Shown here piece after piece: positions 59,819 through 64,000 of a stretch of 64,000 bases of DNA (position 1 is its first letter; each line of letters opens with the position of its first letter). The position numbers were made by a program, and so were the translations under genes. The notes under the pieces were generated by a model. The model did no database searches and was not told where the DNA came from. It worked only from the letters and a program-made list of their open reading frames with translations. Source of the stretch: Anthoceros angustus (Eukaryota; Plantae; Anthocerotophyta); NCBI GenBank assembly GCA_010909165.1, contig MU008163.1:1550001-1614000 (forward strand), given 5' to 3'.

Positions 59819-59830
59819 GCTCTGATACCA
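59819..59830 (-). promoter_or_regulatory. Primer-binding site complementary to the 3' end of tRNA-iMet
   Basis: The minus strand reads TGGTATCAGAGC directly after the LTR. Confidence 0.92.
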
Positions 59831-60026
59831 TAAAACGATCTTGCATTTATCGTATGATTGTGTAGAGGGGAACGATGAGCACATGAGCGAGTGTTGAATA
59901 GAAAAATGGTTACATTGAATAAGAATTAAAAGAGTATATGTACAAGCAAAGAGCGGTTATTCGTTGAAACTGTTTATAAGACTAATTTACGTTTAGGGTA
60001 AATGACTTAATTTATTATTTCCTATA
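59831..60026 (-). repeat. 5' LTR of the copia element (196 bp)
   Basis: Matches 30071-30275 with substitutions and one small indel; abuts the PBS. Confidence 0.85.
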
Positions 60027-60654
60027 GGTTGCAGCCTTGTTGACTGCACTAGAGGTGGCATCACTCCGAGCGTGCAGCCATGGGCAACTGAAACATGTGG
60101 GCACTGCGGTGGGATATGTAGGAATTGCGCATATCGCGAGGACAATATGCAAGGGCTTGGAGGGCATGGACTTCCTTCTGGATATGTATCGCCTGCACAT
60201 GGCACTAACTACACTCTACAGGGAGTGCATGAGTAGATGGGAGGCACTACCCGAAAACCTCCAGTAGTGGACAGAGGCTGAGGCCACATCATGGGCGTGG
60301 ACTGCGATCACCCTACTCCGAGCTGTGGTGCACCATGCGCAAGAAACTGTCCATGCTTTGGTGATGTTTGGGTGGGATGGCGTCCTGTACGATTGTATAC
60401 TCTTTTTCTCCTCGGCCGTTTAGGCCGCTTGTGTAAGGTTGCCCCCATGACATGACAATTTGGAATCATACATGGACATTTGTGTTTGTAGGCTTTTTGC
60501 TAGGCAAGTGGTAAGTGGTAGGCAAAACGGTAATTGGTGTAGCCTGGTGACGCCTGCATTGGGCACATCCCGCACCAAGGCTGACCCTAATCCGCACGAA
60601 GGCTAACCCTAACCTGCACCAGACCGTAACCGTGGCAGTGAGATTGGAGAAAGG

Positions 60655-62577
60655 ATCATGGTCCCATCAAGTGAGCGCTAGCCATGATGATGGAACGTGC
60701 ACGCCTATCCTTCCGCTTCCAAGCTAGGACATCGCATTTTGTTGAGTAGGCTTGCGGCGTCTACGCCCATCTACCACTCCCATCAACTCATTCTCCTCTA
60801 GAATCAGTGAGTCTCATTGCCCATACAGAGTAATCTGATTAAACCGATCACGGTCCTTGAAATCAATCTTCATAGTACGGGAAGAGGGGCCATCAGAAGC
60901 AGCGGTTGGGCATCGGATTGAAATAGGGTTACCGCCTTGTCTTGTGGAAGGCCCTGGCTGCTGTTGTTGAGCTGCAGAGGTGCCTAGTGAAGGGCCACCT
61001 TGCAGACCTGTAGAAGTAGTGCCATAAGGTCCTGATGGCAGGGTGCCAAATAAGCCTGAAGAAGCTGTGCCAAAAATCGTTGAAGGATTAGTGAATATTG
61101 CTTCAGTAGGCAGAGAACCAAAAGCACCAGTAAATGGAAAACCAATCGTTCTAGGTTGATTATAATTGAAAACTGGACGAAAAACAGTTCTGGGTGACTG
61201 TGAAGATGAAGCGGATGGGGTTTGTGGAGACCGCCTCCTCCGTGCTACCATCTCCATATATTTATAGGCGCCTTGAGTCGGATCGCATAAGCCGAGGTCG
61301 CCGTCATCCTGGTTGGAATGCATCACGCGAGCAAACAATCAGACGATGATGCAGCCCAAAGGCGTTAGATGTCACCTTTGCCATCCCGCAAACTCTAGCA
61401 CGCTGTGTGTTTCACACATAAAAGCATCTTTGATGGTCTCACGAGCAGATCTTGTCTGATCAAACAGCGGCAACTCGATGCCTTTGGATGTGAATGGTCT
61501 AACAAGGGCGGGTTACGATCTCACAGATCTGAGCCGATCGGAAAGAGAGTCTTTCTATCGGTGACTAAGATTGGTGATGAAGTCGCGTGGTCGTGCGGCG
61601 CGGGTCTTGAGCAAGACGCCAATCTCGGCGGTTAGGGGCAAAGCAACTCGCGATTGATGATGGGGTTGCGATGGTCTCACCGTGGATCCTCTTCGGGATC
61701 CGCCAAGACTCGCTTCGTCTCCTTGTGTCATTGACCGAGGATCCTTGTCGCGGTCGTGAGATGCAATTAACATGGCTCGATACCAAAACGATCTTGCATT
61801 TATCGTGATTGTGTAGAGGGCATGAGCACATGAGCGAGTGTTGAATAGAAAAATGGTTACATTGAATAAGAATTAAAAGAGTATATGTACAAGCAAAGAG
61901 CGGTTATTCGTTGAAACTGTTTATAAGACTAATTTACGTTTAGGGTAAATGACTTAATTTATTATTTCCTATAGGTTGCAGCCTTGTTGACTGCACTAGA
62001 GGTGGCATCACTCCGAGCGTGCAGCCATGGGCAACTGAAACATGTGGGCACTGCGGTGGGATATGTAGGAATTGCATATCGCGCGCGAGGGACAATGTGT
62101 ATGCAAGGGCTTGGAGGGCATGGACTTCCTTCTGGATATGTATCGCCTGCACATGGCACTAACTACACTCTACAGGGAGTGCATGAGTAGATGGGAGGCA
62201 CTGCAAAACCTCCGAGTGGATGAGCCAGAGGCCACATCATGGGCGTGGACTGCGATCACCCTACTCCGAGCTGTGGTGCACCATGCGCAAGAAACTGTCC
62301 ATGCTTTGGTGATGTTTGGGTGGGATGGCGTCTTATTGTATACTCTTTTTCTCCTCGGCTTAGGCCGCCTAAGGTTGCCCCCATGACATGACAATTTGGA
62401 ATCATACATGGACATTTGTGTTTGTAGGCTTTTGCTAGGCAAGTGGTAAGTGGTAGGCAAACGGTGGTGGTGTAGCCCTGGTGGCACATTTGCATTGGGC
62501 ATCCGCACTGGTGACCCTAATCCGCACGGCTAACTGCAGAATGAGTGGCGGTGAGATTGGAGAAAGGATCATGGTCC
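60655..62577. repeat. Degenerate tandem duplicate of 58599-60664 (gag start, leader ORF, PBS, 5' LTR, flank)
   Basis: Junction microhomology ATCATGGTCC at 58599, 60655 and 62568; many small deletions (PBS reads GGCTCGATACCA). Confidence 0.82.
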
Positions 62578-63129
62578 AGGACGGACTATGTGCAAGGGTC
62601 TAACTCAAAAAAAAAAGTGAATTAAAGATGTTATGTATCACACCTAATGACATCGATACATGGGGCCCCATGTCCTTGTCGTCATATGTGTAAAAGAACA
62701 AGTTTATAACGCAGTGTGAAAAGAACAAGTTTATAACAGGAAAACTTGTGATGACGCAAACCATAAAACCCACCCTAAAACACTAACAACAGCAGACCTG
62801 AATTGGAAATATTCTAATTTATATGTAGTTCAATCCAATTTTCATAATTTTAATATCATTTGTTCCATCTCAATCAAGTCTTGAGCCTTTGTTCCAGTAT
62901 CTAGCTATACCCTTCAAACCTTCAATCCTAGTTTTTCCAAGACTTTCATAGTTCGGAAGGTCCATACTAATAATTTACTTATACATGAAGTTTAAGCACC
63001 AAAACTTGCACGCATGTCGTGTATCTTACATACCCTCGCCTCCGACTGACTATCTGAGATTAGTTAACTTAAAGAATAAACATGCCTAACCTATAATGAT
63101 AGGAATAAATTTGACGAGCACTAGTGCAG

Positions 63130-64000
63130 CCCTCAGCGAATATTCGTTGAAAACTGCTTATAAGACTAATTTACGTTTAGGGTAAATGACTTAATTTATT
63201 ATTTCCTATAGGTTGCGACCTTGTTGATCGTGACCAGAGGTGGCATCACTCAGCGCAGCCATGGGCAATCAAACATGTGGGCACGTGGGATATGTAGGAA
63301 TTGCATATCGCGAGGGACAATGTATGCAAGGGCTTGGAGGGCATGGACTTCCTTGGATATGTATCGCGCACATGGCACTAACTACACTCTGGAGTGCATG
63401 AGTAGATGGGAGGCACTGCAAAACCTCCGAGTGGATGAGGCCGAGGCCACATCATGGGCGTGACGATCACCCTACTCCGAAGTGTGGTGCACCATGCGCA
63501 AGAAACCGCCCCATGCTTTGGTGATGTTTGGGTGGGATGGCGTGCATTTATTGTATACTCTTTTTCTCCTCGGCCGTTTAGGCCGCTTGTGTAAGGTTGC
63601 CCCCATGACATGACAATTTGGAATCATACATGGACATTTGTGTTTGTAGGCTTTTTGCTAGGCAAGTGGTAAGTGGTAGGCAAAACGGTAATTGGTGTAG
63701 CCTGGTGACGCCTGCATTGGGCACATCCCGCACCAAGGCTGACCCTAATCCGCACGAAGGCTAACCCTAACCTGCACCAGACCGTAACCGTGGCAGTGAG
63801 ATTGGAGAAAGGATCATGGTCCCGAGGACGGACGCTGCCGCTGCATGTGCAAGGGTCTAACTCAGAAAAAAAAAAAAAGTGAATTAAAGATGTTATGTAT
63901 CACACCTAATGACATCGATACATGGGGGCCCCATGTCCTTGTCGTCATATGTGTAAAAGAACAAGTTTATAACGCAGGTGTGAAAAAGAACAAGTTTATA
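63130..64000. repeat. Third degenerate copy of the LTR end and flank (about 59955-60660 plus 62580-62730)
   Basis: TATTCGTTGAAA..GACTAATTTACGTTTAGGGTAAATGACTTAATTT.. recurs, followed by the same flank with deletions. Confidence 0.78.

Larger units (their letters stand above)
30071..60026 (-). mobile_element. Ty1/copia LTR retrotransposon (decayed), expanded to 30 kb by nested insertions and duplications
   Basis: Paired LTRs at 30071-30275 and 59831-60026, TSD GGTTG at 30066-30070 and 60027-60031, PBS and PPT, and gag-PR-IN-RT-RH in copia order on the - strand. Confidence 0.85.

Noticed and set aside
59819-59830. tRNA gene
   Set aside because: Only the 12-nt PBS complement is present. I saw no cloverleaf and no rRNA sequence in the window.
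62658-62673. 16-bp palindrome ACATGGGGCCCCATGT (repeated near 63920)
   Set aside because: Short, and its recurrence is explained by the degenerate duplication.
60580-62790. Telomere-like CCCTAA motifs
   Set aside because: Isolated or two-copy occurrences, not an array.

Overview
Plant nuclear DNA, most plausibly a hornwort or other non-seed plant. This is inferred from 80-100 bp GT-AG introns and PLS-class PPR proteins with a 'PGQSWWTD' (WW-type) PG box. The left 24 kb is gene-dense. It holds four intronless PLS/E-class PPR RNA-editing-factor paralogues (two on +, two on -, converging; none has an intact DYW deaminase), a multi-exon ZNFX1-like SF1 helicase with NF-X1 zinc fingers and a TPR-like tail, a thaumatin-like protein, and the ferredoxin-thioredoxin reductase variable subunit. 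From 25 to 30 kb lie CACTA-type remnants. From 30,071 to 60,026 lies one Ty1/copia element on the - strand (short LTRs, tRNA-iMet PBS, PPT, GGTTG target-site duplication), inflated to 30 kb by four nested 3.5-4.8 kb insertions. These start TGTGG and, where the end is intact, finish CCACA. Two have perfect 5-bp TSDs. None has internal LTR repeats or gag/pol, yet they carry related, decayed ORFs (a DH..D..LVF..DW(G/A)R domain plus coiled coil). They are either giant ORF-bearing solo LTRs or an undescribed integrase-mobilised element, and are the most novel signal here. PPR gene 2 is broken by two patches copied from its antisense neighbour. Many segments appear as staggered tandem duplicates with one deletion-riddled copy, so part of the structure may be long-read assembly artefact. 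All identifications come from reading motifs by eye; no database search was run.
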